This document shows, piece by piece, positions 55,794 to 64,000 of a DNA stretch of 64,000 nt. Where the stretch lies: assembly GCA_963743885.1 (NCBI GenBank), contig CAVURJ010000001.1, forward strand, positions 355,173 through 419,172. The letters are read 5' to 3'. Origin of the DNA: Candidatus Moraniibacteriota bacterium. Lineage in GTDB: Bacteria > Patescibacteriota > Minisyncoccia > Moranbacterales > UBA1568. The notes beneath the pieces are model-generated. The model had not been told where the DNA came from and did not search any database. It saw only the letters and a program-made list of their open reading frames with translations. Made by a program: the position numbers and the translations under genes. Position 1 is the stretch's first letter; each line of letters begins with the position of its first letter.

Positions 55794-56606
55794 ATGTCAC
55801 TTATCAAAGATGCAGGAGATGCTTTGTTGGCCGATTCTCTCGCAAACGATTCTGCGCGGGCGCGCGGCGAATATCTACCGAAGCCTGCCGCTTTGGAGCT
55901 TGTCCGGTATGCGCTCAATATTGGCGCACTCGAACTCGTTCCTGAGGGTCGTAAGCTGAAGAGTGGGCGTATCTCGCCGTACTTCTTCAATTCCGGCTTG
56001 TTCAAGACCGGTTTGTCGATGGACTATCTGGCGAACGCTTACGCTGTCGCAATCGACGCCCCTTTCGGCGCGGAGATGGATGTCATCTTCGGGCCGGCGT
56101 ACAAGGGCATACCGCTCGCGGTCGCAATCGCCATGAAATGGCAATCGCTGAGCGGGCATGATGTCGAGTTTGCATTCAACCGCAAGGAAGAGAAACAGCA
56201 TGGCGATGGCGGTCTCGTTGTCGGTGCATCGCTCCAGGGGAAAAAGGTCCTCATCGTCGATGATGTCATCACAAGCGGCGAGAGTAAGCGCGAGGCGGTG
56301 GAGATCATCCGAGCCCAGGGCGGAACGCCGATTGGGTGTGCGGTCGCCTTTGATCGCCAGGAGAAGGGGTTCGACAAGGAGACTCAGACGGACAAGGACT
56401 TGTCGGCAGTGCAAGAGTTCGAACAGGTGTTCGGCATCCCGCTCGTTGCCGCGGCGACGCTCAGCGATCTCATGTATTACCTCTATCGTTTAGTCGACGA
56501 GGAGCAGCTGGATGATCTTGGCCAGTATCGTGCCGGTCTGATGTTTCATAAGCTCAAGGAGTACCGTGCACAATACGGCGCGGCAGTCCCTGATGCTTGG
56601 CCGTGA
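55794..56606 (+). CDS. pyrE: orotate phosphoribosyltransferase
   Basis: VLIVDDVITSGES PRPP-binding motif. Confidence 0.85.
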   Translation: MSLIKDAGDALLADSLANDSARARGEYLPKPAALELVRYALNIGALELVPEGRKLKSGRISPYFFNSGLFKTGLSMDYLANAYAVAIDAPFGAEMDVIFGPAYKGIPLAVAIAMKWQSLSGHDVEFAFNRKEEKQHGDGGLVVGASLQGKKVLIVDDVITSGESKREAVEIIRAQGGTPIGCAVAFDRQEKGFDKETQTDKDLSAVQEFEQVFGIPLVAAATLSDLMYYLYRLVDEEQLDDLGQYRAGLMFHKLKEYRAQYGAAVPDAWP

Positions 56607-56768
56607 TGTGACGGAAATGAGGTTTGGTGCGCAACGCGCGCCATGACTCACAAAGCTCGTTCTGCAACGCGCAAGCGTTTCAGTCGGGCTTTTTTCTTTT
56701 TATGCTAAAATAGGAGTGTTTCCTGCTAACTGTTGTTTACTGTTGATTGCTCACTGTTAACTGACTTT

Positions 56769-57482
56769 ATGTCTACTTTGATTTTCGATATCGAGACCGT
56801 CGGCGATGATTTTGATGCGCTCGATGAGACCAGTCAGGATGTGCTCACGCGCTGGATCAGGAAAGAATCCGAGAGCAGTGAGAGCTACGCGGCGGCGCTC
56901 GCGGATCTCAAGAATACGATGGGATTCTCTCCACTCACCGGGCAGATTGTCGCGATCGGCATGTATGACGGCGAGCGTGAGAAGGGCGCGGTGTATTTCC
57001 AGTCGTCGCCAAAGAAGGATGAGCAGAGCTTTGAGGAAGATGGTTACAAGTTCGAAGTGATGACAGAGGAAGTCATGCTCCGGAAGTTTTGGGAGGTGGT
57101 GGAGAAGTATGATACGTTCGTCACATTCAACGGCCGGCAGTTCGATGTACCGTTCCTTATGGTGCGTTCGGCGGTGCATGGTATCCGTCCGACCAAGAAC
57201 CTCCTTGCCAACCGCTATCTCAACTATCATCCATCTAACGCGCGGCATATCGACCTCTTCGACCAGCTGACATTTTACGGGGCGATGCGCAAGAAGGGGA
57301 GTCTCCATCTCTGGTGCCGGGCGTTCGGCATCGAGAGTCCGAAGAGTCAAGGCGTGGACGGTGATGATGTGAAGATGCTCTTCGACAAGGGGCGGAGCTC
57401 CGATATCGCGCGCTACAATTCCCGCGACCTCAAGGCGACGTATGAGCTGTACCGGAAATACGTCGAATACCTGCAGTTTTAA
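56769..57482 (+). CDS. DnaQ-like 3'-5' exonuclease (PolB-exo-like, DEDD family)
   Basis: LIFDIETVG Exo I motif, then FNGRQFDVPFL and YNSRDLKATYELY Exo II/III-like motifs. Confidence 0.7.
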   Translation: MSTLIFDIETVGDDFDALDETSQDVLTRWIRKESESSESYAAALADLKNTMGFSPLTGQIVAIGMYDGEREKGAVYFQSSPKKDEQSFEEDGYKFEVMTEEVMLRKFWEVVEKYDTFVTFNGRQFDVPFLMVRSAVHGIRPTKNLLANRYLNYHPSNARHIDLFDQLTFYGAMRKKGSLHLWCRAFGIESPKSQGVDGDDVKMLFDKGRSSDIARYNSRDLKATYELYRKYVEYLQF

Positions 57483-57644
57483 GAGCATGAAGCCTTAATA
57501 GGTTGCTTATGAGCGACAAGCCTTGTTTTTGTGCTCTTTTTCGGATACAATCACAGGCGTATCACGTTTCGTTGCTGTGCCCGGTAGTAGAGCTTCGATC
57601 GGGTCTGAGAGGGGCGAATATTGAAATGGTAAACATGTGAAATA

Positions 57645-58784
57645 TTGTTTACCATACTTTTGATGGATAGTTTAGAAGGAGAAATCATCGAAGTTTCACT
57701 ATCGGGTATGGAAATCAAGCAGGAATTGAAGGATTTTAAGGCGCGTCTCGATCCGAAAATCGGGGCGTATTTCGATACAGTCATAGCCAAGGCTGGCAAG
57801 GAAGACGATCTGATCGCCGAAGCGGTCCAGCACGTCCGCGAGCTGGTGCTTGCTGGCGGAAAGCGCTTGCGGGCAGCTTTTATGTATTATGGTTACCTGG
57901 GAGCCGGTGGCACTGAGGAAGAGAAGATTCTCGATACGGCCGTGGCGGTCGAGCTGGTCCATGCCTTCCTTCTCGTTCATGATGATATCATCGATCGTGA
58001 TGAGATCCGTCATGGAGTGCCGACGCTGCATCGGCGGTATGCCGATTTCGGCAAACGGTTCTTTCCGGACAAGGATACGGAGCATTTCGGCGCCTCCATC
58101 GCTCTTATCATGGGCGATATGCTTTGCGCGTTCGGCAATGACATCATTTTCCGTTCAGTGTTCCCGGCTGAACGCGTATTCGAAGCGCTTTCGAAGCTCC
58201 AGCATATCGTCTCGTATACCGTGGTCGGTCAGGCGCGCGATGTCTATATGGAATACAAGCGCGAAGCGAGCGAAGAGGAGATCCTCAAGATGTATGAGAA
58301 TAAGACGGCCAAGTATACTGTCGAGGGGCCGCTCCATCTGGGTGGTATTCTGGCAGGTGCGTCGCAAGAGCTTTTGAGCGGGTTTTCAGCCTATGCTGTG
58401 CCGCTCGGTATCGCGTTCCAGATCCAGGATGATATTTTGGGCACATTCGGGACGGAAGAACGTCTCGGCAAACCGGTCGGTTCCGATATCCAGGAAGGAA
58501 AAATCACGCTGCTGGTTTCGCGTGCGCTCCGTGACGGTACGCCGGCCCAGGCGAAGCGGATTCGTGAGATCCTCGATGCTGGTGATCGGTTGACGGAGGC
58601 GGACATAGCCGAATTCCGCTCCATTATCGAAGCGACGGGCGCGCTTGCTGGATCGCAGCAGTTGGCGGCTGGGTATATAGCGTCCGGCAGGAGTGCGCTT
58701 GAGGGGATCCGCGATGGGTTGCATCCGCGAGCATATGATTTTCTCTCCTCCGTTTCCGAATACATGATGAAGAGGGAGTACTAG
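57645..58784 (+). CDS. polyprenyl diphosphate synthase (trans-isoprenyl, IspA/GGPPS-like)
   Basis: first and second Asp-rich motifs LVHDDIIDRD and FQIQDDILG. Confidence 0.85.
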   Translation: MFTILLMDSLEGEIIEVSLSGMEIKQELKDFKARLDPKIGAYFDTVIAKAGKEDDLIAEAVQHVRELVLAGGKRLRAAFMYYGYLGAGGTEEEKILDTAVAVELVHAFLLVHDDIIDRDEIRHGVPTLHRRYADFGKRFFPDKDTEHFGASIALIMGDMLCAFGNDIIFRSVFPAERVFEALSKLQHIVSYTVVGQARDVYMEYKREASEEEILKMYENKTAKYTVEGPLHLGGILAGASQELLSGFSAYAVPLGIAFQIQDDILGTFGTEERLGKPVGSDIQEGKITLLVSRALRDGTPAQAKRIREILDAGDRLTEADIAEFRSIIEATGALAGSQQLAAGYIASGRSALEGIRDGLHPRAYDFLSSVSEYMMKREY

Positions 58785-58890
58785 CCGTAACTCGTAACCA
58801 GTAACTAGTAATTAGGGAAGACGGGCTTTTTCGGTCCTCTCCCAGTTACCAATTACCAGTCACTAGTTACTTTTTCATAAAGACTCAATT

Positions 58891-59619
58891 ATGACGAAAT
58901 CGGACATCGTTTTGAAAGAAGAATTTTTGCCAAGACATGTTGCCATCATTCCTGATGGTAATCGCCGTTGGGCGGCTGCCCGTGGCCTTGAGCCGTGGGA
59001 TGGACACGAAGCAGGCGCCAAGAATACCGAGCGCCTCGTCCGCGAGGCGAGAAGGCTCGGCATCCGCGAGTTGTCGCTTTGGGGATCGTCTATCGAAAAT
59101 CTCAAGAAGCGGCCGATGCTCGAGAGCAAAGCGCTTCTGGATATCTACAGCCGATATCTTGAGCAGTTGATCGGGAGCGAGGACATCATGCGTGACAAGG
59201 TACGGCTCCGTTTCATCGGGAGGTGGCGTGAGCAATTTCCTGCTTCGCTCCGGACGATGCTCGAGGAAGCGGAAGAGAAGACTCGTCAGCATGATGCGTA
59301 TTTCCTGAATTTCTTCCTTGCTTATAGCGGTGATGATGAGATGCGCTTGGCGATCCGCGGCATCGCTGATGAACTCCGGCCCGGCGAAGCGGTGACGGAC
59401 GAGATGATCAAGCGTCACCTGATGACGAACGATATGCCGCCGGTTGACCTCCTGATCAGAACAGGTGGGGAGCCGCATCTTTCGGCTGGATTCATGATGT
59501 GGGACCTTGCTGATAGTCAACTGTATTTCTCGGAAAAGCACTACCCGGATTTCGATGAAAAGGCATTCCAGGAGGCGATAGAGGATTACGCTGTCCGCAG
59601 TCGCCGTTTCGGCAAATAG
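58891..59619 (+). CDS. uppS: undecaprenyl-diphosphate synthase (cis-prenyltransferase)
   Basis: HVAIIPDGNRRWA signature of UPP synthases. Confidence 0.9.
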   Translation: MTKSDIVLKEEFLPRHVAIIPDGNRRWAAARGLEPWDGHEAGAKNTERLVREARRLGIRELSLWGSSIENLKKRPMLESKALLDIYSRYLEQLIGSEDIMRDKVRLRFIGRWREQFPASLRTMLEEAEEKTRQHDAYFLNFFLAYSGDDEMRLAIRGIADELRPGEAVTDEMIKRHLMTNDMPPVDLLIRTGGEPHLSAGFMMWDLADSQLYFSEKHYPDFDEKAFQEAIEDYAVRSRRFGK

Positions 59620-59717
59620 TACGGACTTATACAGACCGGAAACGGACCTTTGCGGAAGCGGAAAAGAAGGAAAAGTCAGCATGGGTCAGATGGAGTCAGT
59701 ATCGGTCGGCGATATTG

Positions 59718-59746
59718 TTGACAATATTCCAGTCTTCCTCTACAAT
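59718..59746 (+). promoter_or_regulatory. strong sigma70-like promoter TTGACA-17-TACAAT upstream of infA
   Basis: consensus hexamers and 17-bp spacer, followed by an about 160-nt leader. Confidence 0.6.
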
Positions 59747-59908
59747 GGTAACTACGTTTGAAAAACCGCATAGATTCGGGAAAGAGAGGGCAACCGAGAG
59801 CCGTTTTCAGGAACGAGGATCGATCGAGTGCCAAAAGGAAACTTCTCTGTTTTTTGTCGTTTACAGAGCTTTTTTCCATGAATCTTGCTAGCGAAAAAAC
59901 CGTACGGT

Positions 59909-60130
59909 ATGGCCAATAATAAGGAATTGATCCGGGTAGAGGGCGAAGTGCTCGAAACACTTCCCAGCACTACTTTCCGTGTCCGTCTCGATAACGGGCA
60001 TGAGGTCCTGGCTCATATTTCCGGCCGCATGCGCGTGCATTATATCCGTCTTTTGCCAGGGGATCGCGTGACGCTCGAGATGAGCCCGTACGATCTCTCG
60101 AAAGGTAGAATCGTCCTGCGAAACAGATAA
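59909..60130 (+). CDS. infA: translation initiation factor IF-1
   Basis: S1-like OB fold sequence (ELIRVEGEV...[19 protein letters not shown]); ATG at 59909 preferred over the TTG of ORF 59885. Confidence 0.9.
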   Translation: MANNKELIRVEGEVLETLPSTTFRVRLDNGHEVLAHISGRMRVHYIRLLPGDRVTLEMSPYDLSKGRIVLRNR

Positions 60131-60140
60131 CTGCGAATTT

Positions 60141-60254
60141 ATGAAAGTGAGAGCATCAGTCAAGAAAATCTGCGCGAATTGCAAGATCGTGAAGCGCAAG
60201 GGTGTCATTTTCGTCATCTGCGCCAATCCTAAGCATAAGCAGCGCCAGGGCTAA
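60141..60254 (+). CDS. rpmJ: 50S ribosomal protein L36
   Basis: [37 protein letters not shown], canonical L36 zinc ribbon; not in the ORF track. Confidence 0.9.
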   Translation: MKVRASVKKICANCKIVKRKGVIFVICANPKHKQRQG

Positions 60255-60269
60255 CTAGGAGAACCTACT

Positions 60270-60659
60270 ATGATAAGAATCGCAGGCATCAACATTCCGG
60301 ATAATAAGAGGATCGAAATCGCTTTGACGTATGTCTATGGCATCGGTCTTCCGACGAGCCAGAAGATCCTCAAGGATCTTGGTATCGACGCGAATGTCCG
60401 TACGAAGGATCTCTCTACTGAGGATGCAAATAAGCTCCGTGAGACGATTGAGAAGAAGCATCGTGTCGAAGGTGAGCTCCGCCATGTTGTGAAGAGCAAT
60501 ATCAAGCGCCTGAAGGAGATCGGTTGCTATCGCGGTACCAGGCATCAGAAGAGCCTGCCGGCCCGCGGTCAGCGCACCAAGACCAATACCCGTACTGTCC
60601 GTGGCAACGTACGCCGCACGATGGGCAGCGGCCGCAAGAAGTCAGACGCCAAGACTTAA
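60270..60659 (+). CDS. rpsM: 30S ribosomal protein S13
   Basis: [10 protein letters not shown]...YGIG N-terminus and basic C-tail. Confidence 0.95.
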   Translation: MIRIAGINIPDNKRIEIALTYVYGIGLPTSQKILKDLGIDANVRTKDLSTEDANKLRETIEKKHRVEGELRHVVKSNIKRLKEIGCYRGTRHQKSLPARGQRTKTNTRTVRGNVRRTMGSGRKKSDAKT

Positions 60660-60769
60660 AATAGTTTTCAGCTTCGCTAGCTCCTTAGCTTCGCTAGCGG
60701 AATCAAGAAAGACTAATGAAGCTAAAAGCTAATGAAGCTAATGAAGCTAATGAAGCTCAGAAATATAGT

Positions 60770-61228
60770 ATGGCAGACGAAGTGAAGACAACTGATGAGA
60801 CGACGGAGGCCCCGGAAAGCGCTGTTGCCGCTGCTGCGGATGCAGTCGCTGAGAAGAAGCGCAAGAAGTCGTCCAAGCGCCAGATCCTGAAGGGTCGGGC
60901 GAGCATCCAGTGCACCTACAACAACACGATCGTTTCGATCGCTGATCTTTCGGGTGCCGTCCTCGGATGGTCGAGCTCTGGACACATGGGTTTCAAGGGC
61001 GCCAAGAAGTCGACACCGTATGCTGCTACCCAGGTAGTCGCTGAGCTTTCTGAAAAGGTGAAGAAATATGGTATCCAGGAACTCGAAGTCTTCGTGAAGG
61101 GTGTCGGCAGTGGTCGCGAGGCCTCTATCCGCGCTCTGTCCAACAATGGCTTCAACCTCGTTGCGATCAAGGATATCACTCCGATTCCTCACAATGGTTG
61201 CCGTCCGCGCCGTCCGCGCCGCATTTAA
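60770..61228 (+). CDS. rpsK: 30S ribosomal protein S11
   Basis: S11 core (ASIQCTYNNTIVSIADLSGA...GFKGAKKSTPYAA); start at the internal Met after the low-complexity (gctaatgaa)n leader of ORF 60716; manual start may be off by 1 nt. Confidence 0.9.
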   Translation: MADEVKTTDETTEAPESAVAAAADAVAEKKRKKSSKRQILKGRASIQCTYNNTIVSIADLSGAVLGWSSSGHMGFKGAKKSTPYAATQVVAELSEKVKKYGIQELEVFVKGVGSGREASIRALSNNGFNLVAIKDITPIPHNGCRPRRPRRI

Positions 61229-61243
61229 CCGAAGAAGAATACT

Positions 61244-61873
61244 ATGGCCATTATCGATTCCAAATGCAAACTCTGCCGCCGCGCTGGCGAAAAGCTCTTC
61301 CTCAAGGGGGACCGCTGTCTGTCGCCGAAGTGCGCGATGGTGCGTCGGCCGTATCTTCCGGGTGTCCATGGACATAATCCTTCCCGCGGTGGTAGCGAAT
61401 TCGGCCGCCAGCTCGCGATGAAGCAGAAGATCAAGCGCCTCTACGGTGTCATGGAGCGTCAGTTCCGCCACCACTTCGATGAGGTGAGGAAGACCCCGGG
61501 TATCACCGGTGATCAGCTGCTCTCCCGTCTCGAGCGTCGTCTCGACAACGTGATCTATCGCCTCGGTTTCGCGGCTTCCCGCGTCCAGGCCAAGCAGCTC
61601 GTTTCGCACAAGATGTTCGAGGTGAACGGCAAGCGCATGAATATCCCGTCTGTCGAGGTGCATGTCGGCGATGTGATCGCTCTCAAGCAGAACAAGAAGG
61701 ACAAGACGTTCTTCAAGCTCCAGTCTGAGATCATGAAGGGTAAGAAGGATGTGCCGCACTGGCTGGAACTCGATACTGAGAAGCTCGTCGCCAAGGTGAT
61801 CGCGCTTCCGACCCGTCAGGATGTCGGCGTGAGCGTCGATCCGCAGATGGTCGTCGAATATTACTCCAAGTAG
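61244..61873 (+). CDS. rpsD: 30S ribosomal protein S4
   Basis: Cys cluster CKLCRR...C..KC and S4 domain. Confidence 0.95.
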   Translation: MAIIDSKCKLCRRAGEKLFLKGDRCLSPKCAMVRRPYLPGVHGHNPSRGGSEFGRQLAMKQKIKRLYGVMERQFRHHFDEVRKTPGITGDQLLSRLERRLDNVIYRLGFAASRVQAKQLVSHKMFEVNGKRMNIPSVEVHVGDVIALKQNKKDKTFFKLQSEIMKGKKDVPHWLELDTEKLVAKVIALPTRQDVGVSVDPQMVVEYYSK

Positions 61874-61974
61874 TCAACGCCCGGATGGGCCGTAAATCAT
61901 AATCAACGCTAAGCGTTTCCGGTGACCAGTCAATATCCGCCAGGTCCGACAGGTCATCCGAGACAAGCAAAGAT

Positions 61975-62790
61975 ATGCAGACGATAACCGTGCCGCAGCA
62001 GCCTAAGCAGACCGTGCTAGGCCAGAACCACAGCAAGTTCGAGATCATGGGGTGCTTCCCGGGCTATGGCACCACGCTTGGAAACGCGCTGCGCCGTGTG
62101 CTGCTCTCGTCTCTCGAGGGCGCCGCTGCGAAGTCTGTGAAGATATCAGGTGTTTCCCATGAGTTTTCCGCCGTTGATGGCGTCATGGAAGATGTCGTGC
62201 AGATCATCCTCAACATGAAGCAGGTCCGCTTTCGCCTCCATGGCGAAGAGGATGAGACCGTCAAGGTGACCCTCAAGCACAAGGGCGAGGGCGCAGTGAC
62301 AGCGGGTATGATCAAGGTTCCGTCGAATGTCGAAGTCGTCAATCCGGACCAGGTGATCGCCACGCTGACCGACAAGAAGACCGAGTTCGAGATGGAGATT
62401 GAGATCGACCGCGGTCTCGGGTATGTCCCGGCTGAGGCTCGTGAGAACGAAGAGCGTGAAATCGGCGTCATCGCTATCGACGCGATCTATACTCCGGTCA
62501 AGCGCGTGAACTACGAGATCGAGAACATGCGCGTCGGAAAGCGCACGGATTATGATAAGATCACCCTCGAGGTGGTGACCGACGGCAGCGTGACGCCGGA
62601 AGAGGCTTTCATGAAGGGTGTAAACATCCTTATGGGACAGTTCTCGGCTATGTCTGCTTTTGCGACAGATGAGGTGGCAGCCCCAGCGGAAGCTGTTGAG
62701 GCCCCGGTCGCTGAGGAGGCTCCGGTTGCCGAAGAGTCTGAAGAGAAGCCGAAGAAGGCCGCAAAGAAGAAGAAGACCGAAGAGGAATAA
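61975..62790 (+). CDS. rpoA: DNA-directed RNA polymerase subunit alpha, N-terminal domain only (no alpha-CTD)
   Basis: 271 aa; alpha-NTD motifs present; ends in a low-complexity acidic/Lys tail instead of the about 80-aa HhH C-terminal domain. Confidence 0.85.
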   Translation: MQTITVPQQPKQTVLGQNHSKFEIMGCFPGYGTTLGNALRRVLLSSLEGAAAKSVKISGVSHEFSAVDGVMEDVVQIILNMKQVRFRLHGEEDETVKVTLKHKGEGAVTAGMIKVPSNVEVVNPDQVIATLTDKKTEFEMEIEIDRGLGYVPAEARENEEREIGVIAIDAIYTPVKRVNYEIENMRVGKRTDYDKITLEVVTDGSVTPEEAFMKGVNILMGQFSAMSAFATDEVAAPAEAVEAPVAEEAPVAEESEEKPKKAAKKKKTEEE

Positions 62791-62814
62791 GTCACCAGTC
62801 AGCATGTCAGCATT

Positions 62815-63180
62815 ATGAAGCATAGGCACACAGGCCGTATTCTCTCCCGCGGCAGGAACCAGCGCAGAGCGCTTATCAAGACTCTTCTTGGGAGCTTGAT
62901 TCTCCATGAGAGCATCACTACGACCGAGGCGAAGGCCAAGGAAGTCAAGGATTATGTCGACCAGATCGTCGGCAAGGCCAAGGTGGCTCGAAATGATGAG
63001 AAGCGCCGCGTCGCTATGATTCGCGAGCTCCGCAAGAAGCTCCCGTTGGTGGCTGTCGAGAAACTTGTCTCCGATTTCGGCGCTCGTTTCGACGCTCGCC
63101 AGAGCGGCTATACCCGTATCGTGAAGCTCGATGCCAGGAAGAGCGACAGTGCTCGTATGGCTGTCATCGAATTCGTCTAA
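62815..63180 (+). CDS. rplQ: 50S ribosomal protein L17
   Basis: MKHRHTGRILSR...TTTEAKAKE L17 signature. Confidence 0.93.
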   Translation: MKHRHTGRILSRGRNQRRALIKTLLGSLILHESITTTEAKAKEVKDYVDQIVGKAKVARNDEKRRVAMIRELRKKLPLVAVEKLVSDFGARFDARQSGYTRIVKLDARKSDSARMAVIEFV

Positions 63181-63193
63181 GCAATCCTCCCTT

Positions 63194-63607
63194 ATGGCAC
63201 AGAAGAAGAACATGATCGATCGGAAGTACCACCTCTTTGATGCGCAGGGGAAGGTGCTCGGCCGCCTTGCGACTGAGATCGCTACGATACTGATCGGCAA
63301 GGACAAGGTTACCTATGCTCCGCATATTGATGGAGGCGATTTCGTCGTGATCATCAATTCCGATGGTATCGATGTGACCGGCAACAAGCGCACTGACAAG
63401 ATGTATCATCGCTTCTCGGGCTATCCGGGCGGCATCACCTCGATTGCTTTCAAGGACCAGCTCAAGAAGGATTCGAGGAAGCTGATCCATCAGGCGGTCT
63501 ACGGTATGCTTCCGAAGAACACTCTCCGCGACCGGATGCTCACCAGACTCCGTATCTACAAGAAGGGCGAGCACGGGCACAAGGCGATCCATGTAACACA
63601 CGACTAA
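63194..63607 (+). CDS. rplM: 50S ribosomal protein L13
   Basis: start at the internal Met of ORF 63131; L13 motifs (KVLGRLATEIATIL...GDFVVIINSD). Confidence 0.92.
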   Translation: MAQKKNMIDRKYHLFDAQGKVLGRLATEIATILIGKDKVTYAPHIDGGDFVVIINSDGIDVTGNKRTDKMYHRFSGYPGGITSIAFKDQLKKDSRKLIHQAVYGMLPKNTLRDRMLTRLRIYKKGEHGHKAIHVTHD

Positions 63608-63612
63608 CGGTT

Positions 63613-64000
63613 ATGGCAACGAAGGCAACGACAATCAAGGAAGAGACAAAGGCGGTGAAGGCACCGGCCAAGAAGAAGGCGGTCGCTGCTGCTGCTTCAG
63701 AGCGTTATACGTACGCTGTGGGCCGCCGCAAGACAGCTGTCGCCCAGGTACGTCTCTATCCGTCGGCTGCGGCTGAGGAAGGCGTCGTCAATGAGCGTCC
63801 GCTCAAGGAGTATTTCGCTACGCCGGCGCTCCAGTCGGCTGCACTCGCTCCGCTTACCGCTACCGGCCTTATCGAGGCGTTCCGCGTCTCTGTCTTGGTC
63901 CGTGGAGGCGGTCTCAACGGTCAGGCAGATGCCGTGAAGCTCGGTGTTGCCCGCGCGTTGATTGAGCACGATGCGGCACTCCGCTCCGCTCTCAAGGCTG
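63613..64000 (+). CDS. rpsI: 30S ribosomal protein S9 (3' end outside window)
   Basis: ATG at about 63613; translation ...YAVGRRKTAVAQVRLYP... matches S9; not in the ORF track because it is truncated by the window edge. Confidence 0.85.
   Translation, partial: MATKATTIKEETKAVKAPAKKKAVAAAASERYTYAVGRRKTAVAQVRLYPSAAAEEGVVNERPLKEYFATPALQSAALAPLTATGLIEAFRVSVLVRGGGLNGQADAVKLGVARALIEHDAALRSALKA

Overview
This 64-kb window comes from a compact, gene-dense bacterial genome. The coding GC content is roughly mid-to-high 50s percent, and most of the AT-rich sequence lies in intergenic regions and repeat elements rather than in genes. The window begins inside the spc/alpha ribosomal-protein cluster (rplF-rplR-rpsE-rplO-secY-adk-map). 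The remainder of that cluster (infA-rpmJ-rpsM-rpsK-rpsD-rpoA-rplQ-rplM-rpsI) reappears only at 59.9-64 kb. The two halves are separated by about 55 kb that carries glycolysis genes (tpiA, fba, gap), cell-wall genes (murD, murA, mreB, ftsQ-like, mraY/wecA-like, uppS), several glycosyltransferases, prfA/prmC, rpsB-tsf, a tRNA cluster, pyrF/pyrE and many hypothetical proteins. There is no L30 gene between rpsE and rplO, and rpoA lacks the alpha-CTD. Both are consistent with (but do not prove) a Candidate Phyla Radiation/Patescibacteria-like organism. The most notable system is a complete diversity-generating retroelement (DGR) at 17.7-20.3 kb. It has a target gene with a C-terminal variable repeat, a 96-bp template repeat that differs from the variable repeat almost exclusively at adenines, an Avd-like four-helix-bundle gene and a DGR-type reverse transcriptase. 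Other unusual features:
- Two families of repeated structured intergenic elements; one family shows compensatory base changes between copies.
- A tandem array of short inverted-repeat-bounded elements built from the 3' end of tRNA-Glu.
- A duplicated tRNA-Thr 3' end.
- Heptanucleotide tandem repeats embedded in a glycosyltransferase gene and in prmC.
- A CsoR-family regulator with GC-tract palindromic boxes next to trxB.
- A hypothetical seven-gene block containing a VirD4/TraD-like ATPase.
CDS coordinates follow the supplied ORF track where possible. Manually derived coordinates (tRNAs, repeats, promoters, terminators) may be off by 1-2 nt.
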